DNA from: an uncultured Armatimonadetes bacterium | GTDB lineage: Bacteria > Armatimonadota > UBA5829 > DTJY01 | Assembly: GCA_963717145.1 (NCBI GenBank) | Contig: OY970325.1 | Span: forward strand, 3,968,001 to 4,032,000 | Length of the DNA stretch: 64,000 nt | Direction: 5' to 3' | Shown here: in pieces, positions 39,334 through 48,564 of the stretch | Position numbering within the stretch: the stretch's first letter is position 1 | How the letters are laid out: each line of letters starts with the position of its first letter | Position numbers and translations under genes: made by a program | The notes under the pieces: model-generated | What the model was told of the DNA's origin: nothing | The model's database searches: none | What the model saw: the letters and a program-made list of their open reading frames with translations, nothing else

Positions 39334-40269
39334 CTAGGCCTTCGCAGTCTCAGCGGTCTCCGACAACTCCTGAATGATCTCGCGCTGCCGGTCGTTCAGA
39401 TGCTTCGGCACGGCGATCCTGATCCTCGCATAGAGGTTGCCCTTGCCGGTTCCCCGCAGATGAGGCATGCCCTGCCCGGACAGTCGGAATGTCTGAGTGC
39501 CCTGCGTGCCGGCCGGGAGGGTCATCGTGACCGCCCCCGACAGCGTCGGCACACGGATCTCGCCACCGAGCGCGGCGGTCGAGAACGGCACGGCGACATC
39601 CCGGTAGAGGTCATGACCCTTCCGCTCGAACTGCGGATCATGCTGCATCCTGACGATCAGGTAGAGGTCGCCGCGCTTGCCGGTCGGTCCGGGAGCGCCT
39701 TCGCCCGCGAGCCGGATACGCGCTCCCTCGTCGACGCCCTTGGGGATCTTGACCTCCAGCCTGCGAGGCTGCTCGCCCGGGTTGAAGGCGATCGATATCG
39801 GCTTTGACGCGCCCTCGAATGCTTCTCGGAGGGTCACCTGCATCTCGCTCTCGATGTCCTGGCCGCGGGTGTCTCGTGTCGCGCCGCGAACTCCTCCCGG
39901 GCCGAAAAGCGACTCGAAGAAGTCGCTGAATCCGCCTCCACCTCCGCCGAAATCGAACCCGCCGCCGGGATACTGCTCGTACCTGAACCCGCCCGGCGCA
40001 CTCGGTCCGCTGGGGCCTCCCGGATAGCCGCCCTGTTCGCCATAGCGGGCAAAATCCTGGCCGAAGCGGTCATACTTCTCGCGCTTCTCCTTGTCGCTGA
40101 GTACCTCGTTGGCCTCGCTGACCTCTTTGAACTTGTTCTCGGCCTCTGCATTGCCCGGGTTCACGTCCGGATGGTACTTGCGCGCGAGCTTCCGGTACGC
40201 CTGCTTGATCTCCTTCTCGGAGGCGTCCTTCTTGACTCCCAGCACGGCGTAGTAGTCTTTGTAATCCAT
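39334..40269 (-). CDS. dnaJ: Class B J-domain protein (DnaJ/CbpA-like, no zinc finger)
   Basis: KDYY.VLGV, KYHPD, G/F-rich linker, C-terminal GDLYL and GNLYA. Confidence 0.9.
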   Translation of the reverse strand: MDYKDYYAVLGVKKDASEKEIKQAYRKLARKYHPDVNPGNAEAENKFKEVSEANEVLSDKEKREKYDRFGQDFARYGEQGGYPGGPSGPSAPGGFRYEQYPGGGFDFGGGGGGFSDFFESLFGPGGVRGATRDTRGQDIESEMQVTLREAFEGASKPISIAFNPGEQPRRLEVKIPKGVDEGARIRLAGEGAPGPTGKRGDLYLIVRMQHDPQFERKGHDLYRDVAVPFSTAALGGEIRVPTLSGAVTMTLPAGTQGTQTFRLSGQGMPHLRGTGKGNLYARIRIAVPKHLNDRQREIIQELSETAETAKA

Positions 40270-40290
40270 GTGTTATCGCCAGCGGGTAGC

Positions 40291-40417
40291 CGGTTGGTGC
40301 GGATTTGTAATCCAGCACCCATTGGCAAACCGGCATCTATGATGCCATTCAGAGCGTCGCGGGATCACAGATCCCCAGATTGCCAATGGGTGCTGGATTA
40401 CAAATCCGCACCAACCG
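40291..40417. repeat. Family D element, copy 2
   Basis: Arms cggttggtgcggatttgtaatccagcacccattggcaa / ttgccaatgggtgctggattacaaatccgcaccaaccg. Confidence 0.88.
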
Positions 40418-40444
40418 GCCTTGTACTCCCGACTTTGTACTCCC

Positions 40445-42283
40445 TTAGGCCTGCTCTTTGAACTCCGCGTCGATGACGCCTTCCTCGGCCGGGCCGGTTT
40501 CCTGACCGACTCCCACCTCTTCGCCCGGCTGACCGGCTTCCTGGCCGCCCGACGCCGCCTGATACATCATCTCGGAGAGCTTGTACGACGCCTGCTGCAG
40601 GTTGTCGGTAGCCGTCCGCGTCCGGTCGGTGTCGTTCGCATTGAGCGCCTCGCGCACCTCGGTGATCGCCGCCTCAATGGTCGACTTCTGGTCCGCGGGG
40701 ACCTTGTCGCCGAGGTCTGCGAGCAGCTTCTCGGTCGAGTACACCAGACTGTCGGCTCGGTTGCGGGCCTCAGCGGCCTCTCGGGCCTTGTGGTCTTCAT
40801 CGGCCATGCGCTGAGCGTCGGCCACCATGCGGTCGGTCTCATCCTTGCTGAGCCTCGTCGAGCCGCTGATGGTGATGCTCTGCTCCTTGCCGGTAGCCTT
40901 GTCCTTCGCCGACACGTTCACGATGCCGTTCGCGTCGATATCGAATGTCACCTCGACCTGCGGGATTCCCCTCGGCGCGGGCATGATGCCCACGAGATGG
41001 AACCGCCCGAGCGTCTTGTTCGCGTTGGCCATCTCGCGCTCGCCCTGTAGCACGTGGACCTCCACGTCGGTCTGTCCATCGACCGCCGTGGTGAACGTCT
41101 CACTCTTGCGGGTCGGGATCGTCGTGTTCCGCTCGATCAGCTTGGTGAACACTCCGCCGAGGGTCTCGATGCCGAGCGACAGCGGGGTCACGTCGAGCAG
41201 GACGATGTCCTTGACCTGCCCGCCGAGCACGCCGGCCTGAATCGCCGCGCCAACCGCCACGACCTCGTCCGGGTTGACGCCCTTGTGAGGCTCCTTGCCG
41301 CCGAGCTTCTTCACAAGCTCGTAGACCTGAGGCATGCGGGTCGAGCCGCCGACGAGAATGATCTCCTCGATGTCCTTCTCGGTCAACTTCGCGTCGGAAA
41401 TGGAGCGCTTGAACGGTCCGACGGTCTTCTCCAGCAGATCGGCAGTCAGCTCGTCGAACTTGGCGCGTGTGAGCGTCATGTCGAGGTGCTTCGGGCCCTC
41501 CTGGGTCGCCGTGATGAAGGGAAGGCTGATGCTGGTCTGGACGACGCTCGACAGCTCGACCTTCGCCTTCTCAGCCGCCTCGCGAAGTCTCTGAAGCGCT
41601 TGCTTGTCGTTGCGAATGTCGACGCCCTCGGTCTTCTTGAACTCATCGGCGATGTAGTTCACGATCCGCTCGTCCCAGTCGTCGCCGCCGAGCTGCGTAT
41701 CGCCCGCGGTCGACTTGACCTCGAAGACGCCCTCGCCGACTTCGAGTACGGAGACGTCGAACGTTCCGCCGCCGAGGTCGTAAACGAGTATCGTCTCGTT
41801 CGCTTTCTTGTCGAGTCCGTATGCCAGGGACGCGGCTGTCGGCTCGTTGATGATCCTGAGGACGTTGAGCCCGGCGATCTCGCCGGCGGTCTTTGTTGCC
41901 GTGCGCTGGGCGTCGTTGAAATAGGCGGGGACGGTGATGACCGCGTCGGTGACCTTGTCGCCGAGGTAGGTCTCGGCGTCGGTCTTCATCTTCTGAAGGA
42001 TCATCGCGGAGATCTCCTCCGGCGTGTAATCCTTGCCGTCGATGTTGATCCGCCAGTCGGTGCCCATCTTCCGCTTGATGGACGCGACCGTGCGCTCGGG
42101 GTTCAGGATCGCCTGGCGCTTCGCGGTTGCGCCCACGAGGCGCTCACCTGACTTGGTGAATCCGACGACGGACGGCGTGATCCTGCTGCCCTCCGCATTC
42201 GGGATAACTGTTGGTTCGCCGCCTTCCATGACGGCGATGACTGAGTTTGTTGTTCCTAGATCGATTCCTACTGTTCGGGCCAC
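40445..42283 (-). CDS. dnaK: Chaperone DnaK (Hsp70)
   Basis: [47 protein letters not shown]. Confidence 0.99.
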   Translation of the reverse strand: MARTVGIDLGTTNSVIAVMEGGEPTVIPNAEGSRITPSVVGFTKSGERLVGATAKRQAILNPERTVASIKRKMGTDWRINIDGKDYTPEEISAMILQKMKTDAETYLGDKVTDAVITVPAYFNDAQRTATKTAGEIAGLNVLRIINEPTAASLAYGLDKKANETILVYDLGGGTFDVSVLEVGEGVFEVKSTAGDTQLGGDDWDERIVNYIADEFKKTEGVDIRNDKQALQRLREAAEKAKVELSSVVQTSISLPFITATQEGPKHLDMTLTRAKFDELTADLLEKTVGPFKRSISDAKLTEKDIEEIILVGGSTRMPQVYELVKKLGGKEPHKGVNPDEVVAVGAAIQAGVLGGQVKDIVLLDVTPLSLGIETLGGVFTKLIERNTTIPTRKSETFTTAVDGQTDVEVHVLQGEREMANANKTLGRFHLVGIMPAPRGIPQVEVTFDIDANGIVNVSAKDKATGKEQSITISGSTRLSKDETDRMVADAQRMADEDHKAREAAEARNRADSLVYSTEKLLADLGDKVPADQKSTIEAAITEVREALNANDTDRTRTATDNLQQASYKLSEMMYQAASGGQEAGQPGEEVGVGQETGPAEEGVIDAEFKEQA

Positions 42284-42336
42284 TATGTGCCTCCTCCCGG
42301 TGCGTTATTCAAATGAGCCGGCCACTGCGTTCGGCC

Positions 42337-42405
42337 TGTCATTCTGAGCGAAGTGAAGAATCTCCGTGACTGCGGGGAAGATTCTTCACTTCGCTCAGAA
42401 TGACA
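42337..42405. repeat. Palindromic repeat family A, copy in the dnaK 5'UTR
   Basis: tgtcattctgagcgaagtgaagaatct...agattcttcacttcgctcagaatgaca. Confidence 0.88.
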
Positions 42406-42458
42406 CAAGCGCCTCCTGATACTGTCCGGCGACACTACGGTATACTAAGCTTGCCTTG

Positions 42459-42488
42459 ATGATAACACTTGAGTCCAACGTTGTCAAG
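42459..42488 (-). promoter_or_regulatory. Sigma-70 promoter overlapped by a HAIR (HspR) operator
   Basis: TTGACA-N17-TATCAT on the minus strand. CTTGAGT-N7-TGTCAAG at 42468-42488 versus consensus CTTGAGT-N7-ACTCAAG. Confidence 0.8.
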
Positions 42489-42766
42489 TGCTTTGACAAA
42501 AAAATCATCCATGCCCTGAACAACTTCTCTGATGCAGCCGTGCACCCGCTCAGGCGGGTAACTTATACCCGCGCCCGTCCGGTTCCATTCCTGAGGAAGA
42601 CACGGCGTCACAGATCATGATCCTCCGTCGCGGGTGTCATGCTTCGCTCGGCTACTAGGAAAGCCCACACCGTCAGTCCTGAGTGCGCAGTGACGTGCTC
42701 AGAATGACACCGGCGCGAAACCTTTGACCATCGCAAACCGTCATGGTATTGGAGGATATGATTGCG

Positions 42767-43462
42767 ATGCCGGGAGGAAGAGGACGAACCTGGATACGGA
42801 ATACGCTGATGCTGCTCGTGGCCGCCGCCGTGGTCGTGCCGGTATCGGCATATGGGATCCGTCACGCGAAGGAGGTATCCAAGGAGCGGACCTGCGCCGA
42901 GAACCTCAAGCACATGGGTGAGGCGTGCGCGATGTACCAGTCCGATTGGCATGATGTCCTCGTACCCTACGGCTCACCATTCGCCTGGACCGGTCACATG
43001 TGGCCCGAGTTGTTGGGTCCCTATTTTGTGAAGCTTCCGAAGAATACCTACAAACTGAGCAGACCGGGAAGCTTTATGGAGTGTCCGGCGCTCCCTCCCG
43101 AGGAGCAGGCTTGGGGTATGGACTATGGGATGAACACGGAGTGCGGGGGTTGGATGTCGGGAGGCAAACCGGTTGTTGTTCGGCCGAGCAATGTCAAGTA
43201 CCCGGCCAAGACGATCAGGATAGCCGAGACGCGCTGGCTGGAGACCGGTATGCTCCTCCTTGCTGCACGGCCGAGCGAGTTTAAGCCCGGTGATGATTGC
43301 TGCCGCATGTTCCCGGCTCGGCATCGTGGCAAGGGAAACGTCCTCTGGATCGACGGGCACGTCTCGGCAATGACCCGGGCTCAGTACAACATGCGGGACA
43401 AGGGCCCGTATGATGGCAACATCTGGCTCCGCCTCGAAGGCCCCAAGCCGCCCCTGCCATGA
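42767..43462 (+). CDS. DUF1559-like/H-X9-DG pilin-like protein, paralogue 1
   Basis: N-terminal TM segment; CAENLKHMG.A..MY..DW; YGMN; RHRGKGNVLWIDGH. Confidence 0.8.
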   Translation: MPGGRGRTWIRNTLMLLVAAAVVVPVSAYGIRHAKEVSKERTCAENLKHMGEACAMYQSDWHDVLVPYGSPFAWTGHMWPELLGPYFVKLPKNTYKLSRPGSFMECPALPPEEQAWGMDYGMNTECGGWMSGGKPVVVRPSNVKYPAKTIRIAETRWLETGMLLLAARPSEFKPGDDCCRMFPARHRGKGNVLWIDGHVSAMTRAQYNMRDKGPYDGNIWLRLEGPKPPLP

Positions 43463-43490
43463 TTCGTGCCAGAGCAAGGACGTGATCGGA

Positions 43491-44192
43491 ATGCCGAGAG
43501 GAAGAGGACGAACCTGGATACGGAATGCGCTGATGCTGCTCGCGGCCGCTGCTGTTGTCGTTCCGGTTTCGGCATATTGGATCCGCCACCTGCGAAATGT
43601 ATCCAGGGAGCGGACATGCGCCGAGAACCTCAAGCACCTCGGTGAGGCGTGCGCGATGTACCAGTCCGACTGGCACGATGTCCTCGTCCCCTACGGCTCG
43701 CCATTCGCCTGGACCGGTCACATGTGGCCCGAGCTGCTGGACCCTTATATTCGGAAGATACCGGGGCTTGCCGAAGAACCGATCATCGGACGCTTTTTTG
43801 AGTGTCCGGAGTTCCCTCCCGAACACGAGATGTCGTGCGGCGAGAGGTCCTATGGGATGAATGCGGAGTGCGGAGGCTGGATGTTGAAAGAGAAACCGAT
43901 TGTCGTTCGCCTGAAGGCCGTCAAGTTCCCCGGCAAGACGATCAGAATAGCGGAAACTCAATGGCTCGGGAACGGTGGTGACACCCTCTTTGCCGCGCGG
44001 CCGAGCGAATTCAAGCCTGGTGATGAACTCTGCCGCCTGTTTCCCCTCAGGCATCGTGGCAAAGGAAACGTCCTCTGGATCGACGGGCACGTCTCGGCCA
44101 TGACTCTGGCTCAGTACAACATGCGGGACAAGGGCCCGTATGACGGCAACATCTGGCTTCGTCTCGAAGGCCCCAAGCCACCCCTCCCGTGA
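43491..44192 (+). CDS. DUF1559-like/H-X9-DG pilin-like protein, paralogue 2
   Basis: Same motifs as paralogue 1. Confidence 0.8.
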   Translation: MPRGRGRTWIRNALMLLAAAAVVVPVSAYWIRHLRNVSRERTCAENLKHLGEACAMYQSDWHDVLVPYGSPFAWTGHMWPELLDPYIRKIPGLAEEPIIGRFFECPEFPPEHEMSCGERSYGMNAECGGWMLKEKPIVVRLKAVKFPGKTIRIAETQWLGNGGDTLFAARPSEFKPGDELCRLFPLRHRGKGNVLWIDGHVSAMTLAQYNMRDKGPYDGNIWLRLEGPKPPLP

Positions 44193-44218
44193 TTTCGCTA
44201 AGCAAGGATGTGATTGGA

Positions 44219-44918
44219 ATGCCGAGAGGAAGAGGACGAACCTGGATACGGAATGCGCTGATGCTGCTCGTGGTCACTGGCCTGGTCGCGTCGGTGCTGG
44301 CTTACGCGATGCCCCACATGCGGGAGGTATCCAGACAGCAGACATGTGCCGAGAACCTCAAGCACCTGGGTGAGGCGTGCGCGATGTACCAGTCCAACTG
44401 GCATGATGTCCTCGTCCCGTACGGCTCGCCGTTCGCCTGGACGGGTCATAAGTGGAACGAGCTGTTGTATCCCTATGTTCAGAAGTTGCCGGGGTTTGCC
44501 GACCAACCGATGAAGCGGGCACGCGTCTTCATGTGTCCGGCGCTCCCTCCGGAAGAGGAGTGCAGCTTTAGTGAAGGCTATGGGATGAACAGGGAATGCG
44601 GAGGCTGGATGACGGGAGACAAGCCGGTTGTTGTTCGACTGAAGTCAGTCAAGTACCCCGCTCGGACGGTCAGGATAGCCGATACTCGGAAGCGTGGGTC
44701 GGGTGGCACCAGTTCTTGCTGCACGGCCCAGCGAATTCGTTCCAAACGATGTGACCCGCCCCATGTTCCCTGAGCGGCACATGGGCAGGGGGAACGTCCT
44801 CTGGATCGACGGGCACGTCTCGGCCATGACCCGGGCTCAGTACAATATGCGGGACAAGGGCCCATACGACGGCAACATCTGGCTCCGCCTCGAAGGCCCC
44901 GAACCACCGCTCCCGTAG
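44219..44918 (+). CDS. DUF1559-like/H-X9-DG pilin-like protein, paralogue 3, frameshift near 44700
   Basis: N-terminal part in ORF 44189-44773; C-terminal RHMGRGNVLWIDGH in ORF 44694-44918. Confidence 0.75.
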
Positions 44919-44927
44919 CCCATCACG

Positions 44928-44977
44928 CCAGTACTCCAGTACTCCAGTACCCCCACACTCCAACACTCCAATACTCC
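44928..44977. repeat. 8-bp tandem repeat (ctccagta-like)
   Basis: ccagtactccagtactccagtacccccacactccaacactccaatactcc. Confidence 0.7.
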
Positions 44978-45023
44978 CGCTTTCCTTCCGATAATACCGG
45001 TAAGAATGCCAGGAGGGAAGACG

Positions 45024-45785
45024 ATGGACCATCGAGACAGAATGAGGCAGCAGTTGACGTTTGCGAAGGATATCGGCTCGCGGGCAGCAGCATATGCCGC
45101 CCATGCCGTGGACGACATGGTGGGCACCGACGTGCAGGTTTCGGAGATCAACTCCGGCCTGTTCCGGGTCGCCTCGCTCATGGAGATGGTCACCGACCCC
45201 GCGAACAAGGCGGTCGGCATCTGCGCGCGCGTCGAAGGCAAAGCGCCCGGCCACGCGCTATTCCTCTTCCCATACGCCAATGCGGGCGCCCTGGTCGACA
45301 AGGTCGAGCGCAGGTCCGACGGCGACACCCGTCCGTTGGACACTCAGGCGCTCTCGGTGCTCAAGGAACTCGGATACACCCTGATCTCATCCTCGCTGTC
45401 GGCCTTCTCGAAGGAGACCGGCCTCGCGTTTCGGATGACTCCCCCTCAGATGATGGTCGATATGGCGTGGGCGATCGTCTCGAACGTCTTCACGATGGCG
45501 CTCGCCACCGACGAGCAGGCGGTCATGGTGGCCAGCAGGTTCGGCGACGGACCGGGCGTGCTCGACGGCCTCTTCCTCTTCATCCCCGGGCCCGGAAGCC
45601 TTCAGGTCATGCAGGCGGCGAGGGCTCAGAGGATGGGTCTGGCGGTAGACGCGGCCGACTTCGTGCAGGACACGGAGCAGGAGCATCAGGCCCGCGCGCT
45701 CGACATCCAGCCGGAGGTTCCGGCGGACAATGTGATCGCCCTGTCGATGTGGGACCTCGACTACGATCAGCCGAACGCGGCGTAG
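45024..45785 (+). CDS. CheC-like protein with degenerate catalytic motifs
   Basis: VGICARVEG.APGH.LFLF, SVLKELG..L.SS.L.AFS..TGL....TPP.MMVDMA.AI, GLFLFIP.PGSL. Confidence 0.72.
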   Translation: MDHRDRMRQQLTFAKDIGSRAAAYAAHAVDDMVGTDVQVSEINSGLFRVASLMEMVTDPANKAVGICARVEGKAPGHALFLFPYANAGALVDKVERRSDGDTRPLDTQALSVLKELGYTLISSSLSAFSKETGLAFRMTPPQMMVDMAWAIVSNVFTMALATDEQAVMVASRFGDGPGVLDGLFLFIPGPGSLQVMQAARAQRMGLAVDAADFVQDTEQEHQARALDIQPEVPADNVIALSMWDLDYDQPNAA

Positions 45786-45826
45786 GGATCAGGAGTCAGG
45801 AGTCAGGAGTCAGAATGCGGAGATAC

Positions 45827-46303
45827 CTACCGCTTCTTGACGTTGACGCCGACCTGGACAGTTCCCACCTGGCTCGTGGCGCTCATCGCGGGTATCGACG
45901 CCTCTATCAGGCTCTCGGACGCCGGCTCCTTGGTAAGCTTCTTGCCGCGCATACTCCCGTTGGTGTGCACGACCGCGATCCCCTTTGCGTCCACGATCGC
46001 CACATAGGCCAGCGGCTTCTGGACCACCAGCTCATCGGCCGCTGCCTGAAGCGCTCCCCAGTCCTTCTCCACGATCTGCCTGTTGCCGAACGTGGCGATC
46101 GACCTCGCGGTGACCTGGGCGGTCTGCACCGACTGCTCGTGCAGGATCGAGTCCGAGGTCCGCGCGTAGTTGCGCAGCTCGAACGACTTCAGCGCCCACA
46201 GCACCAGCCCTATCAGGAGCGCCACTTCGACCCAGAGGAGCGCCCACCTCAGGGTGATCTTCTTGCCGAGAAATCCGGTACGTGTCTGTGTGTCGTTGCT
46301 CAT
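45827..46303 (-). CDS. Membrane-anchored hypothetical protein with a Cache-like extracytoplasmic domain
   Basis: One TM segment; LAYVAIVDAKGIAVVHTN...ASIPAM....VGTVQVG. Confidence 0.6.
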   Translation of the reverse strand: MSNDTQTRTGFLGKKITLRWALLWVEVALLIGLVLWALKSFELRNYARTSDSILHEQSVQTAQVTARSIATFGNRQIVEKDWGALQAAADELVVQKPLAYVAIVDAKGIAVVHTNGSMRGKKLTKEPASESLIEASIPAMSATSQVGTVQVGVNVKKR

Positions 46304-46393
46304 TTCAGCCTACCTCCACCACTCCATTATTCCATTCCTGAGTCAATCCCTTCCCTGGTATGAGTTCATGATTGTTGGTGATACGACGCACGG

Positions 46394-46602
46394 GCTGTCA
46401 TTCTGCGCAAGTCACTGCGTCGCAAGCGCGGTTGTTTCCGCCAGAAATCACACCGTCAGTCCTGAGTTCGCCGGTGAATGACGGCGTGTAACGAAGGACG
46501 GCCTTGCTGTACCAAGCCGTCCTTCGTTACACGCCGTCATTCACCGGCGAACTCAGGACTGACGGTAGAGGGTTTCCCAGGAGGGGAACTCAGAATGACA
46601 GC
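46394..46602. repeat. Nested composite: family A arms enclosing family C copy 2 (46452-46566)
   Basis: Outer gctgtcattctg...cagaatgacagc; inner accgtcagtcctgagttcgccggtg...caccggcgaactcaggactgacggt. Confidence 0.85.
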
Positions 46603-46624
46603 GGGCTATTCAGCCGGGCAAGCC

Positions 46625-46652
46625 TAAAGTCCGCGAAAAAAAACACCGACAA
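46625..46652 (+). promoter_or_regulatory. Possible sigma-28 promoter
   Basis: TAAA-N16-ACCGACAA versus consensus TAAA-N15/16-GCCGATAA. Confidence 0.35.
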
Positions 46653-46787
46653 TGAAAATACCTTGTAAATTCGCGGGGATTCGTGGAAGAAGACGATTTC
46701 CCCGGCACAGAAACAGATTTCCGCGACAGACTAATGCTTTCCAACCATCAGATCGCGGCCAACATGAAAGATTGAGGTGAACCCGGA

Positions 46788-48098
46788 ATGAGAATTCTTT
46801 GCGTCGGAGGTGGACATCCCCCTGATCACATGACCACGCACCCCGTTGCGTACACGCATGAGCTGTCCAAGCTTCTCTTCACCCGCGGCCACAAGGCCGC
46901 GCTCTTTGCAGCCTCGCCGCTTCAGGTAACGGGCGGGCAGCCCTACTCGGTCTTCCGCCGAAGCTACGAGGGAGTGGATGTCTACGGAGTGGCGAATCGA
47001 GATCGGAGTGCCGGCCTGGATCCGATGGCCGACCTCAGCAATCCGGAGTGCGAGCGCGCATTCCAGCACGTGATCGAGCACTTCGACCCGGATATCGTAC
47101 ATTTTCAGAGCCTCAAGGGGCTCTCATCCTCGCTGATGCCGGTTGCCGCCTCCCTCGGGAAGACGTGTATCGTGTCGCTGCATGACTACCAGCACATCTG
47201 CCCCAAGCGCCACCTGCTCGATCAGGACAACGAGGTCTGCAGCGGGCCCGAAGACGGTCGAAAATGCGCCCGATGTGTCGCCGGCGACCAAGCGGACCAG
47301 GCACTCGAAGCCGCATACGCCGAGCGTCGGCGTCTGTTGCTCCACTGGGTAAACGACGCGCACACGATCATCGCTCCCTCCGCGACGGCGAAAGATCGGT
47401 TCGAGGAACAGGGGATCGACACCAGCAAGATGGTTGTCATCACGCCGTCCTCCTACGTCGCCGAGCGCCTGTGGGAGCGCCGCACGGAAAAGACATCGGA
47501 CGATGGCGTCACGTCGTTCGCGTTCATCGGCACGGTAGCCAGACGCAATGCTCCTCATCTGCTGGTGGACGCGGTGAAACTCCTCCGAGACCTCAAGGAC
47601 AAATTCCGCGTGTCGATCCACGGCCAGATCGAGGATGAAGCATACCAGCGGGAGATCGAGACCGCCATACGCGACCTCGGGTCTCGCGCGCCGGACATAG
47701 AATTCGCCGGCCAGTACAGGCAGGACCTGCTCGATGAGATCTTCTCGCAGGTCGATGTCTACGTCGCACCCCAGATCTGGAGCAATCCGCTATCCCGTTC
47801 GACGATGGAAGCGCTCGGGGCCGGCGTTCCGGTGGTCGCATCGATGATGGGAAGCGTCGCCGAGTTCATCGGGCATGGCTACAATGGTCTCGTGTTCGAG
47901 CCGGGCAACTACATCGACCTCGCTGCTCAGATGCGCCAACTGATCGAGAATCCGATGATGACGGCCAGTATGCGCGCGAACATCAACTCGCCGAGGCCAA
48001 TGAGCTGGCATGTCGACAAGATCTCCGATCTCTACGAGTCGGCGGTCGGCGTCTCCCGTGATGCTGAGTACGTGCCTGCACAGAGGAGGGCTGCGTAA
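46788..48098 (+). CDS. GT4 glycosyltransferase
   Basis: PDIVHF, SLHDYQHICP, FAFIGTV, MEALGAGVPVVAS..G...E.I..G.NG. Confidence 0.9.
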   Translation: MRILCVGGGHPPDHMTTHPVAYTHELSKLLFTRGHKAALFAASPLQVTGGQPYSVFRRSYEGVDVYGVANRDRSAGLDPMADLSNPECERAFQHVIEHFDPDIVHFQSLKGLSSSLMPVAASLGKTCIVSLHDYQHICPKRHLLDQDNEVCSGPEDGRKCARCVAGDQADQALEAAYAERRRLLLHWVNDAHTIIAPSATAKDRFEEQGIDTSKMVVITPSSYVAERLWERRTEKTSDDGVTSFAFIGTVARRNAPHLLVDAVKLLRDLKDKFRVSIHGQIEDEAYQREIETAIRDLGSRAPDIEFAGQYRQDLLDEIFSQVDVYVAPQIWSNPLSRSTMEALGAGVPVVASMMGSVAEFIGHGYNGLVFEPGNYIDLAAQMRQLIENPMMTASMRANINSPRPMSWHVDKISDLYESAVGVSRDAEYVPAQRRAA

Positions 48099-48466
48099 TG
48101 ATGAAGCCTGCAACCGCGATGGTCGAACTTGGTCGGTTGCTTGCGGCCAAGGGGAAGATACCCGACGCGATGAAGTGCTATTCGCGGGCGATCGAGATCG
48201 ACCCCGGATACCCGAGCGCATATCAGGCGATGGGTGATGCCCTCTACGACTCGGGCTCGTACTGGGAGGCGGCCTCCGAGTACCGCGACAGTTTGATCGT
48301 CGAGCCGGCGAATCCGGATACGCTCACTTCGCTCGGCCTGTGTTATCTAAGGATCAAGGAGTACGCCGAGGCCCGCGCCACATTTCGGCACGCGCTCGAA
48401 CTCGAGCCCAGTCACGCTGAGGCTCAGAGGGCGCTCGCATCGATCGACCCGGCGAAGGCGGCGTAG
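48098..48466 (+). CDS. TPR protein
   Basis: Three TPR units (YSRAIEIDP, AYQAMGDAL, LGLCYL...FRHALELEP). Confidence 0.88.
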   Translation: MMKPATAMVELGRLLAAKGKIPDAMKCYSRAIEIDPGYPSAYQAMGDALYDSGSYWEAASEYRDSLIVEPANPDTLTSLGLCYLRIKEYAEARATFRHALELEPSHAEAQRALASIDPAKAA

Positions 48467-48475
48467 AAGCAAGCC

Positions 48476-48550
48476 GAGTGATCAGTAATCAGTGATCAGT
48501 TATCAGTGAAAACCGGCGAGACTGACAACTGACGACTGACAACTGATGAC
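48476..48550. repeat. 7-bp tandem plus inverted repeat (atcagtg/actgaca)
   Basis: gtgatcagtaatcagtgatcagttatcagtg ... actgacaactgacgactgacaactgatgac. Confidence 0.7.
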
Positions 48551-48564
48551 TCCGAGGTAAATGA

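Noticed and set aside
42767-44918. Diversity-generating retroelement
   Set aside because: No reverse transcriptase in the window. Differences include indels and are not adenine-specific, and all three copies are coding.
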